Source: Eledone cirrhosa (taxonomy: Eukaryota). From it: 64,000 bases of DNA. A program made the position numbers and the translations under genes. Below, in pieces: positions 34,755 through 47,804 of this stretch. Position 1 is the stretch's first letter, and the number at the start of each line of letters is the position of its first letter. The stretch lies in NCBI GenBank assembly GCA_964016885.1, contig OZ024741.1, positions 188,170,001-188,234,000 of the forward strand, read 5' to 3'. Under the pieces are notes generated by a model. The model had not been told where the DNA came from and did no database searches. It saw only the letters and a program-made list of their open reading frames with translations.

Positions 34755-35180
34755 TAAAAAGCACCACAGGAGAAAAAAGAAGGGGTGGGGGAAGAAAAAA
34801 CAATTTTTTGTTTAAATAAAAATTTAAATATGGAAGAGATTTCAAGTTGGCTGTTTTTTTCTTTTCTTTCTTCTGTTTTATACATGCTAATTCGCTTTCA
34901 GAGATTATATTTTCTTGCTTTTTCTTCTCTTTTTTGTTTTCAATGTTGCCTTCTCTTTCTCTCTCTCCCTCTCATCCATTCTCTCTTTCATACTCTCTCT
35001 CTCTCTCTCTCTCTGTTGTACCACCACCCCTTTCTGTTAATATTTCGGCTTCACTTTGTCGCCACGTTGATCAGCCCAGCTGTATCAGGAGTTCCAGACA
35101 CATGGTCAACAGATGTTACAAAGTACATGACACAAGAGGGGGAAAAAAATTATAATAACAATAATCGTGATAGTTTCATT

Positions 35181-35409
35181 CTAGTTGACTCTCAGTGTAT
35201 GAGATTCCATTGGGGCGGCAGAGTCATAGAGGGTGTCTGTGTCCTGAGTGGGCTCCCCTTGCAATTTGCACTGATTATTTAGTGTGCCAGCACCACAATC
35301 ACAGAAAAAGCGGTCATGTCGAATAAATTCGACCTCATGTCCAGCATGACAGTTCTTGATACAGTTTACACAGATGGCGTTCCGGTCAGTGGTATTGCAT
35401 GTCCGACAC
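35181..35409 (-). CDS. FBXO11: FBXO11 last coding exon, UBR-type zinc finger to stop ([41 protein letters not shown]...[18 protein letters not shown])
   Basis: 229 nt, polypyrimidine tract plus cag acceptor, TAG stop at 35183-35181. Cys/His spacing fits a UBR box. Confidence 0.96.
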
Positions 35410-35460
35410 CTGGTGGTGAAAGTAGAGAAAAAAGATAATAGAATATGGCAGAATATTTAA

Positions 35461-35681
35461 CCCTTTAGCATTTAAACTGGCCATATCTGGCCAGAATTCT
35501 CTCACCTCTTTCTGTTCAAACCAGCTGTAACTGGCTACTCATACTGATGTTAAGGTATTGTTCTCAAAATAAATAATATCTAAATCTCATAGATTCGATA
35601 TTATGTGAGATAATTATATGAAGTAAAGCCTTTACCATGAAAATACAATAGCAAATATAAAGTAATGTAAATACTAAAGGG
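35461..35681 (+). mobile_element. piggyBac-type MITE copy 2 (last FBXO11 intron)
   Basis: TTAA|CCCTTTAGCATTTA ... TAAATACTAAAGGG|TTAA. Confidence 0.9.
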
Positions 35682-36046
35682 TTAACAAAGATTCTTACAT
35701 AAAATTATGATGGAAGGTTTTTAGATAAATATAAATACTTGAAAATAAGCAGTTTTATATCATAGCAACAGGGGTAGTTTCAGGTAGTTTGATATCAAAA
35801 GGGTTAATCAGAAGTGATGACAGCACCTATAACCTATGCCGAACACCTCTCGCTTTTGGTCCTCACGTTCTAATACATGCTTAAACTTTCTATTTTCTGC
35901 TTTACTCCTTGCCAGGTATATTTACCGTCTAGCCTCTCTCCTGGCTTCCTGGTAGGGATACCTACTAAATCCGGTTTTCCAAACTGTTATGCTACTGGAA
36001 TTGTCCAAGGATTGCAGTAATGTGTAATACAACAGAGAATAATAAT

Positions 36047-36228
36047 TGTTTCTACTTTAGGCACAAGGCCAGCAAATTACCCAGTGCATTACTGGTACTT
36101 TATTTTATCGACCTCGTAAGGATGAAAGGCAAAGTAAACCTCGGCGGGATTTGAACTCAGAATGGCAAGGGCCGTAACTCTATGCGTCAAAGCATGGCGT
36201 CCGACTCTCTACCAATACTGCCAATCCA
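36047..36228 (-). mobile_element. Young family-1 SINE with 14-bp TSD
   Basis: TSD agaataataattgt at 36036-36049 and 36229-36242. Confidence 0.88.
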
Positions 36229-36388
36229 AGAATAATAATTGTCACCATTTAATGTGTGATAAAGATGATTCTTAGCTGTAAGGAGGAGGAGGATGAAGCA
36301 GAAGAGGAGGAGGGGAGGAAAAGGAGGAGGAGGAGGCAGAAGAAGGAGGGGGAAGAAGCAGAAGAAGAAGAGTAGTAGTAGTAGTTAC

Positions 36389-36497
36389 CTGTAAAAATCG
36401 TGCATTGGGAAACTGGTACAACTTGATATTTTATAGAGACATTGACCAGAATCAACTGCTTTCTCCACCATGTTATGGTTACCAGTTATAATATTAT
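36389..36497 (-). CDS. FBXO11: FBXO11 coding exon ([36 protein letters not shown]), start of UBR box
   Basis: 109 nt, cag acceptor, gtaact donor. Contains the [20 protein letters not shown] signature. Confidence 0.95.
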
Positions 36498-36569
36498 CTG
36501 TGAAATAAGATACATATATAAATGACATCAAGGAGAGATAAGCAACTCACACACAAACATACATGTATA

Positions 36570-37077
36570 CGAGGGTTAGGGTTAGTCAAAAATTATCTGC
36601 CTTCTGCTCATGCCTTCTTATAGTTGGTAGTATTGTGGTCAAATGATCAAAGTTTGAGCTTGGTCGCACAAGTTTTTTTGCTGCTGTTACAGTGTAAACA
36701 TGGCTGCTCCACTAAGGAACAAAGAGCAATGCTCCGATTTCTCTAGTCGGAAGGTGTGTGCTAGGAGCTGTGCCAGTAATTTGCGCCAAAGCCTATTGTT
36801 GAAAGAAGTTGTTGTTGCATGACAATGCACACCCACATACAGCCGGCCAGACAATTAAAACCATTAACCAATCGGGTTTTGAGGTGCTAGAACACTCGGC
36901 CTACACCACAGATATTGCGCCTTCTGACTATCATCTTTTTCGACAACTCAAAGCTACTTTACAAGGTTGTCGATTTCCTACGGATACAGAAGTGCAGGAA
37001 GCGATGCATAAATGGTTGTGCAACCAAGAAAAACCCTTCTTCTTGGAGGGAATACACAAGCTTGTGGACCAGTGGAG
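36570..37077 (+). mobile_element. Internally deleted mariner (DD34D) relic
   Basis: TA|CGAGGG terminus. Peptide LLHDNAHPH...YTTDIAPSDYHLF has D-34-D spacing. Confidence 0.88.
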
Positions 37078-37775
37078 AAACTACAGGGGAATAAAACTAA
37101 CGAACCAAGTTATGAAAGTAACAAAAATAGTTTTAGCTCAACTAATTAGGGAAATAGTCAAATTAGATGAGATGCAGTTTTTTTTCTTTCTGCCAAAGAT
37201 ACACTCTTCTTAGTAAGACAGATACAAAAGAAGTTTCTAGCAAAGAATAAGCCTCTATATCTAGCTTTTGTTGATCTAGAGAAGGTCTTTCACAGAGTAC
37301 CACGATCTGTCATCTGATGGTACTTAAGGAAACTAGGTGCAGAAGAATGGCTTGAGAGAGCAGTGCAAGCAATGTACAGAAGATCTATTAGTAAAGTGAA
37401 AGTAGGTAATGAATTTAATGAGGAATTAAATGTGCAGTGAGGTGCTCATTAGGGCTCAGACCTCATCCTGCTCCACAACAAAAGTTTTCTCTCTACAAAC
37501 AAAAGGCCAGCTGTAACATGCCTCTGTGTGATGTGCAATGTTGCATGGTAGTGTGATATGGGCTGTGAATATGAAGGTTGGAAAGAAATGAAGTGAGTAT
37601 ACATTGATGGATGTGCAATGTCAATGTGTGTAAACAAGAAATATGGATAAGCTGAGAAAAGAACTGGGCAGAGGAATCATATATAACGTACAAGAGGGAA
37701 AACTGCGCTGGTCATTTGATGCATATGGATGATAATTGTGTGGTAATGAAGTGCCAGGAAACCCCAGTGGAAATT
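37076..37775 (+). mobile_element. RTE-clade LINE reverse transcriptase fragment
   Basis: NYRGIKL..QVMKV, LYLAFVDLEKVFHRVP and GAH*GS motifs, with stops and frameshifts. Confidence 0.85.
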
Positions 37776-37895
37776 TCTTAAATATCTTTGCATAACTGAC
37801 TCACAAATGGCAATATTGTGAAACATTCACATTATTTAGAGTAGAAATCTAAACACAATATAAAAGAGTAAAAGGTACCAAAATGATTGACATAC

Positions 37896-38114
37896 CTTTC
37901 AATATAGGATTGACGCCACTGGCAAGACAAAGCCCTCCAAATTTATTATTAAATATTTTATTCTCTTCCAACGTAGCAGTTGCATTGTTTGTAATCTCCA
38001 AACCAGCAGCAAGACCATCAAAGATTCGGTTCCGACGGAGAGATGGTTGGCTCTGAGTACTGATCAGTACTCCAGCCTGGGCATTCTGAAATATGTCATT
38101 CTCTTCAAGGATTC
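37896..38114 (-). CDS. FBXO11: FBXO11 coding exon ([73 protein letters not shown])
   Basis: 219 nt, poly-T tract plus aag acceptor, gtatgt donor, phase 1 to phase 1. Confidence 0.96.
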
Positions 38115-38314
38115 CTTAAAAAAAATAAAAAAAGATAATGGTTTCTGATTTAGGCACAAGACCAACCCCAGTGCATGAATGTTACTTTAAAATAAAGGGC
38201 AAAGCTAATCTGGGCGGGATTTGCACTTAGAACATAAAGGGACGTAGCTCTTGACCGCGAAGCAGGGTATCTGATGCTCTACCAATACTGTCAATCCACT
38301 GCCCTCATAATAAT

Positions 38315-40222
38315 GATTTCTTTATTGGCCACTAGGGCCTACGTATAAGGAATAATACAAAAAGATAAGGACAGGGACAATAAAGTTGAGTAAAAAAAAT
38401 AAATTAACAAAAACAATTAACAATGAAATTACAACAATAAAAATTACCTAGGGCCGACTCAAGTACCCCACCAATACTAAACCACCCGACACTTCAAGGG
38501 CACCCATGAAGGGCACCCTCTCCTCTTCAACTCAACCAACCTACAGATGCATGCTCAGAGTAGGCTCATTTGCACAGGCCATTCTCGCCACATTCACCCA
38601 CCTTTTAGCAAATGTACTGGGGGCAGCACTTCTCTCCCCACCCTCACCTTCCTTTCCAAGTGAAACTTGAAAAAGTTGATGAGGGATTGGCCAAAGAGAA
38701 AAGTGTCTTCAATCCTTTCAACCTGGTCCACCACACACCCTCTTTCACTACTGCCACCGTACAGAGGAAAATTGCCTGCCCTTCCTGGCTAAAAGAAAGT
38801 GGCGGGGCGATCTTCAATATGTACTCGACCAATAGCCAGGTCCATTCTACTTGCGACAACAGCTATTCGGCATAACTCCACAAGTCAGTAATGCATGCAG
38901 AATGGTTTCCCCATTCTGCATGCATCTTGGGCACGTCTGCCTGATAGTATTTCCATGGCTGTAGAGTTTATCTTGAACCGGCAGTGCTCCCCGGTAGCAC
39001 TGCCAAGTGAGGGATTTCTGGAAGTTATCCATAGTCCCCGGCTTGAACAGACTGGTCAGTTCGACTTCTTCGATGCCCAGAGCCTCTCCAAGTGCGTCAT
39101 CGCACTTGCCCACCACTAATCCTCTATATGACTCAAGAGTGGAAGTTCAACTGACTGCATTGCCCAGCAAGCAGAGGGCAGTGAAAGCCTGGCAACATTC
39201 CAGATACCAAGCGTTCAGTCTCGGTCTTTTCTTAACCCAGGACTGCAACTCAGTCAAAGAGATGAGCTGCAGAAAGGCCTATCTTACAAACAGCGACCAC
39301 ACCTGTTCACCATTTAGGCAATGTATCTGGAGATGCCACAACCTCAGCACATGTTTGCACATCATTAGCCATGGCGATGTACGGATTCACCACCTCTGCC
39401 AGACCTTTAAGTGAGAATGTCCTCTCGACCCATTTCTGGGTGAGAGTGGCTACCCTGTTTGAAACCTTGTCCCAATTCTTATCCACCTGAAGGTTTTGTC
39501 CGAACCAGACCCCAAGCAACTTTACTGGGCCATCTGTCCAGTGCTTGATGATGCTGTTGAATGACATGGACTTGCCTCTTCAGGTGCCGAGCTGCAAGCC
39601 CACTGACTTTTCTAGGTTTAGTTTTGTTCCTGTCAACCATTCATATTCCTCCAAGAAGGTGCCAACCACCTTGATTTCTGATGTGTTCAAGGTGATGTCG
39701 TCCACATATACCAACACAGCCCTTCCATGTCCTGGTTTGAGCAGGATGCCCTGCAACAGCTCCAGCTTCTGCAGTAGAGGCTTGAGAGTCAATACGTACA
39801 GAAGGAAGGAGATAGGGTACATTTGACAGACCAATCGGAAGATCTGAAACAGTTCTAAAAGATGGCCATGAACTTTGACAACAAAGCAGATGCCGCTGTA
39901 CTTTGCAGTGATCTAGAAGACGAGACCAACGCCAGCTGCCTTGAGGACAGCCTTTAGGTATCGATGATCAACTCTATCAAAAGTTTTTGATTGATCTAAA
40001 TTAATCAGAGCCCCACCAAAGTCAGGTTTAAACCCTACCCTCCTTATGATGTATCGCATGAGGTGGAGGTTGATGTGTATGGACCTGGTAGGGATTTGCA
40101 CCTCTCCTACCAAATCCTTGATAACAAGTACCAATCTCTTTGTTAATACTTTGACCAAAATCTAAAACTCTGTGTTTAACAGATTTATGGGCCTGAAGTC
40201 ATCTAATGTATCCCTCTTGTTC
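38315..40222 (-). mobile_element. L1/Tx1-clade LINE ORF2 relic (RT plus C-terminal CCHC) with 3' UTR and AATAAA
   Basis: Track ORFs contain LDQSKTFDRVDH, YVDDIT, VKLLGVWF and CPRC...ETILHALLTC, collinear but frameshifted. Confidence 0.88.
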
Positions 40223-40454
40223 TCATTTGAGAAAGTTGTAACTAAATACCACAAAGCATTTTATCTGATGCTCTACCGATGCTGTCAATCTACTGCCCTC
40301 TTTTTTTAAATCAGGTAAAATACTCCTTGAGACTGAAAAGTTGGTCAGAGACGCCTGCATGTGATCAAACTCCACATTCCTTGCATGCCAGCCAAATACA
40401 TTAACCACTATGCTATAGAATGATTGTTTTTTTTTTATATATAAATAATAAATA

Positions 40455-40920
40455 ATCGTCATCATCATCATTACCATTTTACGTCCATTCTTCCACAGTA
40501 GCATAGGTTAGACGGGTTGTCCTGTTGTGGGCAATGCCAGGTCAGGTGACCATGTCTTGCTCATACAGAACTGATTTTGGCTTGATTTCTACAGCTGGGT
40601 GCCCTTCCTAATGCCAACCTCATTTACGGTGAGTACTGGGTGATTTTTTACCGTGGTGCCTACATGACCACTTTATAGTGTGGACTGGGTGCTTTTTGTC
40701 ATGACACCTACACGACCACTTTACAGTGGGAAGGGGTGGGGGCGTACTGTCTATATGTTTTAGCTTCAGCTTGTACCTGTGGGAAGTCGGGTCTTCTGTA
40801 TTACTGCGTAACGCCAGAGGTCTCGGTCCTGTGTCATCACCTTCGAGAGGTACAATTGGGCAAGGTCAGCCTTTATCACCTCATCCCAGGTCTTCTTGGG
40901 TCTCCCCACTTCCATTGACT
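40455..40920 (-). mobile_element. RTE LINE 3' end
   Basis: GRPKKTWDEVIKADL...QDRDLWR peptide followed by 3' UTR and (GAT)n tail. Confidence 0.85.
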
Positions 40921-41169
40921 TAATAATAATAATGATTTCTACTTTGGGCACCAGGGCAGTAATTTTGGGGGAGGGGAAGTTGATTAAATCGACCCATACT
41001 TGACTGGTGCCTTATTTTAACAGCCCCGAAAGGAAGAAAGGCAAATTTAACCTTGACAGGATTTGAACTTAGGATGTAAAGAGCCTGAAAATATGATGTT
41101 ACACATTTATTCAACACTCTAACAAATCTGCCAACCCATAACCTTAATAATAATATTAATTTTTTCAAT

Positions 41170-41590
41170 TTGCCACAATGAAGGGACATTACAAAGGCAA
41201 ATTACATAAAAGTGTTGGGGGTTAACATAGAAACTGGATGAAGAAAAAAATTATAATGATGATAAACAGTCCTTTTGATACAAAAGAACCTTCAAATAGG
41301 GACAACCAGGAAAACCCACAGTCACCCTGATCACCAGGCTTATGCTGAGAGTAGAATCATTCGTGCTTGCTATTTTTGTCACATTCACTGAAGGAAAGCA
41401 CCATCCTCTCTGCTCTCTTATGAAGTAGAAATAGGAAAATCCATTGGTTTGATCAAAGAAGAAAATGTTGGTTCTTAGTCCTCTTAATCTTGTCCACCAC
41501 ATGACCTCTTTGCAATAGCCATCAGAAAAACTTCCTGCCCATTCCAGTTAAAGAAGGACAGTAGAGTGATCTTTACAATAGACTTGGCCA
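41170..41590 (-). mobile_element. Older L1/Tx1 3' fragment
   Basis: WWTRLRGL peptide shared with the 38.3-40.2 kb copy. Confidence 0.65.
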
Positions 41591-42763
41591 ATAATAATAA
41601 TGTTTCCTAATTTAGTTATAAAGCCAGCAATTTAGTTAGGGAGAGGAAGTCAATTATATCGACCCCTGTATTTGACTGGTACTTTATTTTATCAACTCTG
41701 AAAGTATGAACCAACGTAGGAGTCTCTACCTTAACGCTGAAGCTGCTAGAAAGAGCAGCTATGTATCGCTCAAATCCTAGCCTACTGTTTTATATAAGGA
41801 GAGGGTGCATTAAATTATGTTGTCGTACATATTTAAAAAAAGGCAACATGGTTATAGCTGGAATGGCTTTGATCATAAGTCTTCAGAATCAGAGTCAACC
41901 AGAGTTTAATCAGCAACAACCTTGGAAGAATATAAGACAAAGTTGATCCTATAAGAATTTGAATTCTGATTGTACAAAGAGTTGTCACTGAATACTACAA
42001 ACCTTGAACACTTTGCTCTCTATTCTCCCACCTCAGGAGAGTATAGTCCAATTCAAGTGATCTCAGTTAAATTGTCCTGTTACTTATTTTAGTAAATTTG
42101 GAAGGATTTGAACTTGGAGCATGAGTAGATAGCACTAAATATACAAAACAGTTCAGTTTTCTATTTTTATTACATCACTGGCTCTTTTAATTCCTCACCC
42201 CCCAATCCACTCTATTGTATGTGTTTGGTTGGACCAGGTCTAAGGGAAGATAACTCAATAATTCTATGCACTGCATCCTACAACAGCAAACTTGTTTCTT
42301 TATAATTTTACTCCTACTGGAAAAGGTCATAGATGCTTCCTTTCATCCGACTGAGCCATTCAAATATTAATAAATATCAAAGTGGAAGTAATTTCAAATG
42401 TTCACATTATGTTTACAATATAATAATGGTGTAGTGAAATGCCACACCCCTATTTAATAGCACCAGAATGTACAATTCTCAAAGAGACACTAAATGATGA
42501 ACAAAACTTAGTGTAATATTTAGATACTACACAAAGGTCTCACTAACAGGAACTAAACTACTGGATCAAGTCAAAGTGCAGAGTTCAATCTAATTGAACT
42601 AAGCTCCTTACAAATTAAATCCAAAAGTATGCTTAAACATCGTTACCCCAATATGGGCCTGGATGATGTAGTGAAGCACTCCCTGAACCATTAAAAAAAT
42701 ATAAAATACAAATGCAGTTAAAGTTACCGCCCCACCGGAGATTGAAGTGCAAATGTCACATAC

Positions 42764-42984
42764 CTTTACCACCATTGAAGATACAAATACCACCGTCTCT
42801 GCCATCATGTATTTTATTATTGCGTAGAACAGGGTTACTATCTGTCTTAATCCACACCCCAGCCATGGCATTGTCAAATATTTCATTATGAGCAATCATT
42901 CCCAGTCCGCTGTTATAGACAAGAATGCCACCATTTTGACCTCCCCAGATCTTGTTGAGACGGATAAGAGGGTTGCTTCCAGTT
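42764..42984 (-). CDS. FBXO11: FBXO11 coding exon ([74 protein letters not shown])
   Basis: 221 nt open frame with cag acceptor and gtatgt donor. Peptide is near-identical to recalled FBXO11 beta-helix repeats. Confidence 0.96.
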
Positions 42985-43734
42985 CTGAAAATAACACAAA
43001 TTGAAAATTAGATACACACATCAAATGTATTATCATTATCATTGTTTTAATGTCTGCTTTCCCTGATATCCAAGTCAGTACTGGAATGGGGCTACTGACC
43101 TCCCAGACAGGTCAGGGGTCTGCATCTTGTTTATGTATGGTCTCATGTTTTACTGAGTGCACAGGAGAGGTTGTCATGTCTTTGACACAACTGAAGGGTC
43201 CTCGCAACCCTTTGTTTGGCAAGCTTTCTAAGGATGGATGCCCTTCCTATCACCATGCATATATATATGTACGTATGTATGTATGCATGCATGCATGTGT
43301 ACATATATATATACATGTGTGTGTGTGTATATACTGAAGATGAGAAAGAAAGAGTGACAGAGAAAGAGAGTATTTTAAAGGGTTCTTATTTAAATCAAAA
43401 TCTTCCAGCATAATTTTATATGGAAACCATATGAAATAATTTATAATTTTAGTAAATCTCTCAAAATTCTTCATTAATTAATTGAAATAAAATGTATTTC
43501 ATTAGAAGTATGATCACAAAAGGATTAAGACTGTGGCCTTTTCTATGTAATCAAGTGTTGGTTAGTATAAAATAAACACTCAGAAGGCCACTTTTTCCTT
43601 TTTTTTATACTGGTACTTTATTTTATTGGCCCTGGATGAAGGAAAGGTGAATTTGCAAGGCAGTATTTGAACTTAGATTGTAAAGAGCCAAATCAAATAC
43701 TGAAAAAGGACATGTTTGACATACCAAGCATGTG

Positions 43735-44170
43735 CCTTAAAACAAACTATATGGATGACCATATATGGTACTGAGCATATAGGGCTGAACATAAAAAAAA
43801 AAACCAGCCTTCAAAAACAAGACTGAAATGGCTGTAACAATATTGAAAATTTGAGCCCTCTCTAAAATGTGTTGTATGAGGCAGAAGTTATCAAAGATAG
43901 ATCTGCCTAGGATCACACAGGCCTGTACTTTCTTTACTACACTACCAATGATAAGCAGCAAACCCTTTGCAAGCAACTTGGTCAAAAGTATCGAATCTGC
44001 ATTCAGCAAAGTTATAAGTCTGAAATTATTGATAACACTTCCTTCTTATCAACTTTCCTCAACAGTTGAATCAATCTTCAGCTCATAGAACCGAGAATTC
44101 TCCCATTCTTTTAAAAGTTGTAGTAAATGTCAGCTAAAACATCAGCGAACAAATAAACAAATCTGGCATG
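43735..44170 (-). mobile_element. L1/Tx1 RT fragment
   Basis: LNADSILLTKLLAK...QACVILGRSIFDN peptide. Confidence 0.65.
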
Positions 44171-44286
44171 TATCTTTTAATCATTATTTCCACTTACAGC
44201 AAAGTACAAAATGTCACGAATATATTGCTTCTGTTTTATCTCTGTTCATTGTCATTGTATTGAGTTCTGTTCGTGATTAACATTAA

Positions 44287-44498
44287 CCCTTTAGCATTTA
44301 AACTAGCTGTAACTGGCCAGAATTCTCTCCGCTCTTTCTGTTCAAACCGGTCATACTCATACTGATGTTAAAGTATTGTTCTCAAAATGAATAATATCAA
44401 AATCTCATAGATTCTATATTATGTGAGATATTATGTGAAATAAAGTGTTTACCATGAAAATACAATAGTAAATATAGAGTAATGTAAATGCTAAAGGG
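44287..44498 (+). mobile_element. piggyBac-type MITE copy 3
   Basis: TTAA|CCCTTTAGCATTTA ... TAAATGCTAAAGGG|TTAA. Confidence 0.9.
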
Positions 44499-44811
44499 TT
44501 AAGACCATTTTAGGTCTACTACAAGCATGTATCATCATCATCATCATTGTCATCATCCTTTTTATATCCATTTTTCCATGTTTGAATAGGCTGGACAAGC
44601 CTTTTCCAACACAGCCACCCTCCGCACTTTGTGTTCCTATGTCATCTTCTCTGTGAAGTTCAGTATCTTGAGATCCGCTCTCACTACTTTTGCCCAGATT
44701 TTATGTAATAATAATAGGCATATAGGAAGCAGCAAAGATTTGAACTTATAACCTTTCAGTTAAATGACTAGCACCAAGAAAGATAAACATAAAGTTAAAT
44801 GATTCAGTTAG

Positions 44812-45028
44812 CCCCTTAACTCTATACTCTATATATACTATTGTATTTTCATGGTAAAGGCTTTATCTTACATAATTATCTCACATAATATCAAAAATAT
44901 GAAATTTTGATGTTATTCATTTTGAGAACAATACCTTAACGTCAGTATGAGCAGCCAGTTACAGTCAGTTTGAATAGAAAGAGGTGAAAGAATTCTGGCC
45001 GGGTACAGCTGGTTTAAATGCTAAAGGG
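44812..45028 (-). mobile_element. piggyBac-type MITE copy 4 (reverse orientation, one damaged end)
   Basis: Reverse complement of copies 1-3. Confidence 0.85.
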
Positions 45029-45624
45029 TTATTCCAAATATAAATTAAATAGTTTAACATAGGTTATCAGAGAAGGCACAGAGTAATGATATGATTGGCG
45101 AAAGATGTAGTGAGATGGTAGTGAAAGAAGTAGTGGAATTATTAGAAAAGACATATTGTCTTTAACAAATAAAGTAGTGAGGAGTTGTTAGTTTTGTTGG
45201 GGAAAAGGCAACCTCACTAGCACTGGTGCCATGGTAAAATACACTCAGTGCACTTATTTATGTGGTTGATGAATGAGCAAAGACAACATCTCTGGGTGCT
45301 GGTGTCACAATAAAATGCATCCAGTACACACCATAGAGTGATTGATATTAGAAAGGATACCTAGCCACAGAAACAATACCAAAGATGGAGTGTATGAGTG
45401 AGAGGTGGTCCTCTGACTTGTCTCAGAGGGCAGTAACTCCAAATAAAAACTGCCTCAGATCATGACAAATCATTCAATCCATGCCAGCAGGAAAAACAGA
45501 CAGATGATGATGATGGTGTTGGTTGTGGTGGTGATGGTGGCAACACTAAAAGATGGGTACACATATGTGGAGAGCAATGAAGCAGAAAAGATACAAGAAA
45601 CTGTTCAGGAATGTTCTTCACTCA

Positions 45625-45768
<144 letters not shown>

Positions 45769-45984
45769 TTATGTGACCTGCTGAATGGAGGAGAGAACCA
45801 GTGAACAACTCTGTGGTCATGTATCTAAGGGAAAGTCAACATTTAATATACCACAGAAGGTGAATTAATTAGGTAACTTCTATGTGGTCACCTGAGGTGC
45901 TAAAAATATAAGCCCAAAAAATCTCTCCCCACCCCCCCAAAAAAAGGAAGTATTATATATAATAAACTAGGGATTTCTACAGGA

Positions 45985-46850
45985 CAACCTGCTGGAAGAC
46001 ATGAACCAAGCCTGCAGTTGGAGCAAGGTCCCAGCAAGATGGTGGGGGAATGGTAAGGTAGAAAGAGCCACTAAAACAAAAAGACAAACCTGGAGACTGG
46101 AGAAATGGAGGAGACAGAAAGCAATAATAGATAATTAGAAGAGAGACCAAGCACCAAGTATATCTAGTGAGGGGAGAGATAGGAAAGAAGAAGTTTTCAC
46201 ATGTTCCATATTATGAAGATCAAGAGGCATGAAGTGTTCCAAATTACGAGACAGTCAGCTAGAGAAAATTATGATGCGGTTGGAGAAGTTTTCTGAAATG
46301 TACAATGTTGAAAAGAAAGAGGCATGGAAGACTTACTATGAGAGGCTGCTGAATGTGGGAAATAAATGGCATAGTGAGGGCCTACCCCATGCAGACCCAA
46401 TTAAGGGGACAGTCATAAAAGTAGACAGCAGTGTGACAGATAAAGCATGAAGGTAGGGAAGGCAGCTGGACCATCTAGTATAGTCACTAAGATACTGAAA
46501 GCATCTAGCACAGTAAGATATGAGCTAGTTAGATGCCTAATCAATAAACTAGTACAGGATAGTGCCATACCCAATGACTGATGGAGTAATATCATTGTAA
46601 ATTGCTACAAGGGCAAGGGAAACACAATAGAAGTAACTATGGAGGCATCGAGTTGATGGACCAAGTCATGAAAGTTGCTGAAAGAGTTATAGAACAACTA
46701 ATTAGCTGCAGAATCAAGTTAGATAAGATGCAGTTTGGATTTATGCCAGGTAGGGGTACTACTGATGCCCTCTTTCTAGTGAGACAACTACAGGAGAGGT
46801 ACTTAGCTATGAGAAAGCCACATTTGTAGATCTGGAGAAGGCCTTTGACC
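45985..46850 (+). mobile_element. RTE LINE fragment
   Basis: AWKTYYERLLN and NYGGIELMDQVMKVAERV...QFGFMPGRGTTDALFLVRQLQERY peptides. Confidence 0.85.
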
Positions 46851-47600
46851 CTTCAGTTGTGCCAAGAACATGACAGCCTTCCTAGTGTTGGTGATTTACA
46901 CAATAAACACACCCAGTACACACTGTAAAGTGGTAAGAGACATCCAGCCTTAGAAAGCTTGCCAAGCAAAGGTGGGAGGACCCTTCAGTTGTGTCAATGA
47001 CATGACAACTTCCCTTGTGCTAGTTTACTCCCCAGCCTGTCTGGAAGGTTAGTAGCCTCACTTCAGTACTGACTAAATTTATGAGAATCCATCCAACCTT
47101 TGTTAGCAAGGAAAGCAGATATAAAAACAATGGAGGTGATGATAAAAAACATGAGCCAACATATAGAAGACAATATGTAGTCAGTCCTTGACCTAGCAGT
47201 TTAATCTCTCTCATATTACACACTATCACTTTCAAAAAGGAAGGTCAGAGGGGATAATGTTATCCTGAATACAAAAATTCTAGATAAAATACAGCAAAGC
47301 TTTTATTATTAATTTGGAGTTTGGAACTTAAATGTTCTTATTTGAATAAACGTTAAGACAGGTTTGTGTAATATAGAAAATTTTGATGAAGCTTTCTAAT
47401 TTAAATATGAACACTTTAAGACACAAAGCTTTGTAGAATAGAACCAGGCAGGTTTGTATGGAAAGTGTTTATAGCAACTACACATATATATTTTGTGGTT
47501 TTAAGTATATTTAAGAGAAACTATGTATGTTAAAAACATCATCTGAAGTATACCAGGACAGCTTTAGAAAGCTTGGTACAGAGACAGGTATTGTAATTAA

Positions 47601-47804
47601 CCCTTTAGCATTTACATTACTCTATATATACTATTGTATTTTTGTGGTAAATCTTACATAATTATCTCATATAATATCGAATCTATGAGATTTTGATGTT
47701 ATTTATTTTGAGAACAATACCTTAACGTTAGTATGAGTGCCCAGTTTGAACAGAAAGAGGTGAGAGAATTCTGGCTGGATACAGTTGCTTTAAATGCTAA
47801 AGTG
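47601..47804 (-). mobile_element. piggyBac-type MITE copy 5 (reverse orientation)
   Basis: TTAA flanks and TIRs; body is the reverse complement of copy 3. Confidence 0.88.

Noticed and set aside
36571-36588. gggttagggttag as an interstitial telomere
   Set aside because: Only two units, lying within the mariner terminus; a small local duplication.
42608-42895. Track ORF overlapping the FBXO11 exon
   Set aside because: Wrong reading frame; the real exon is 42764-42984.
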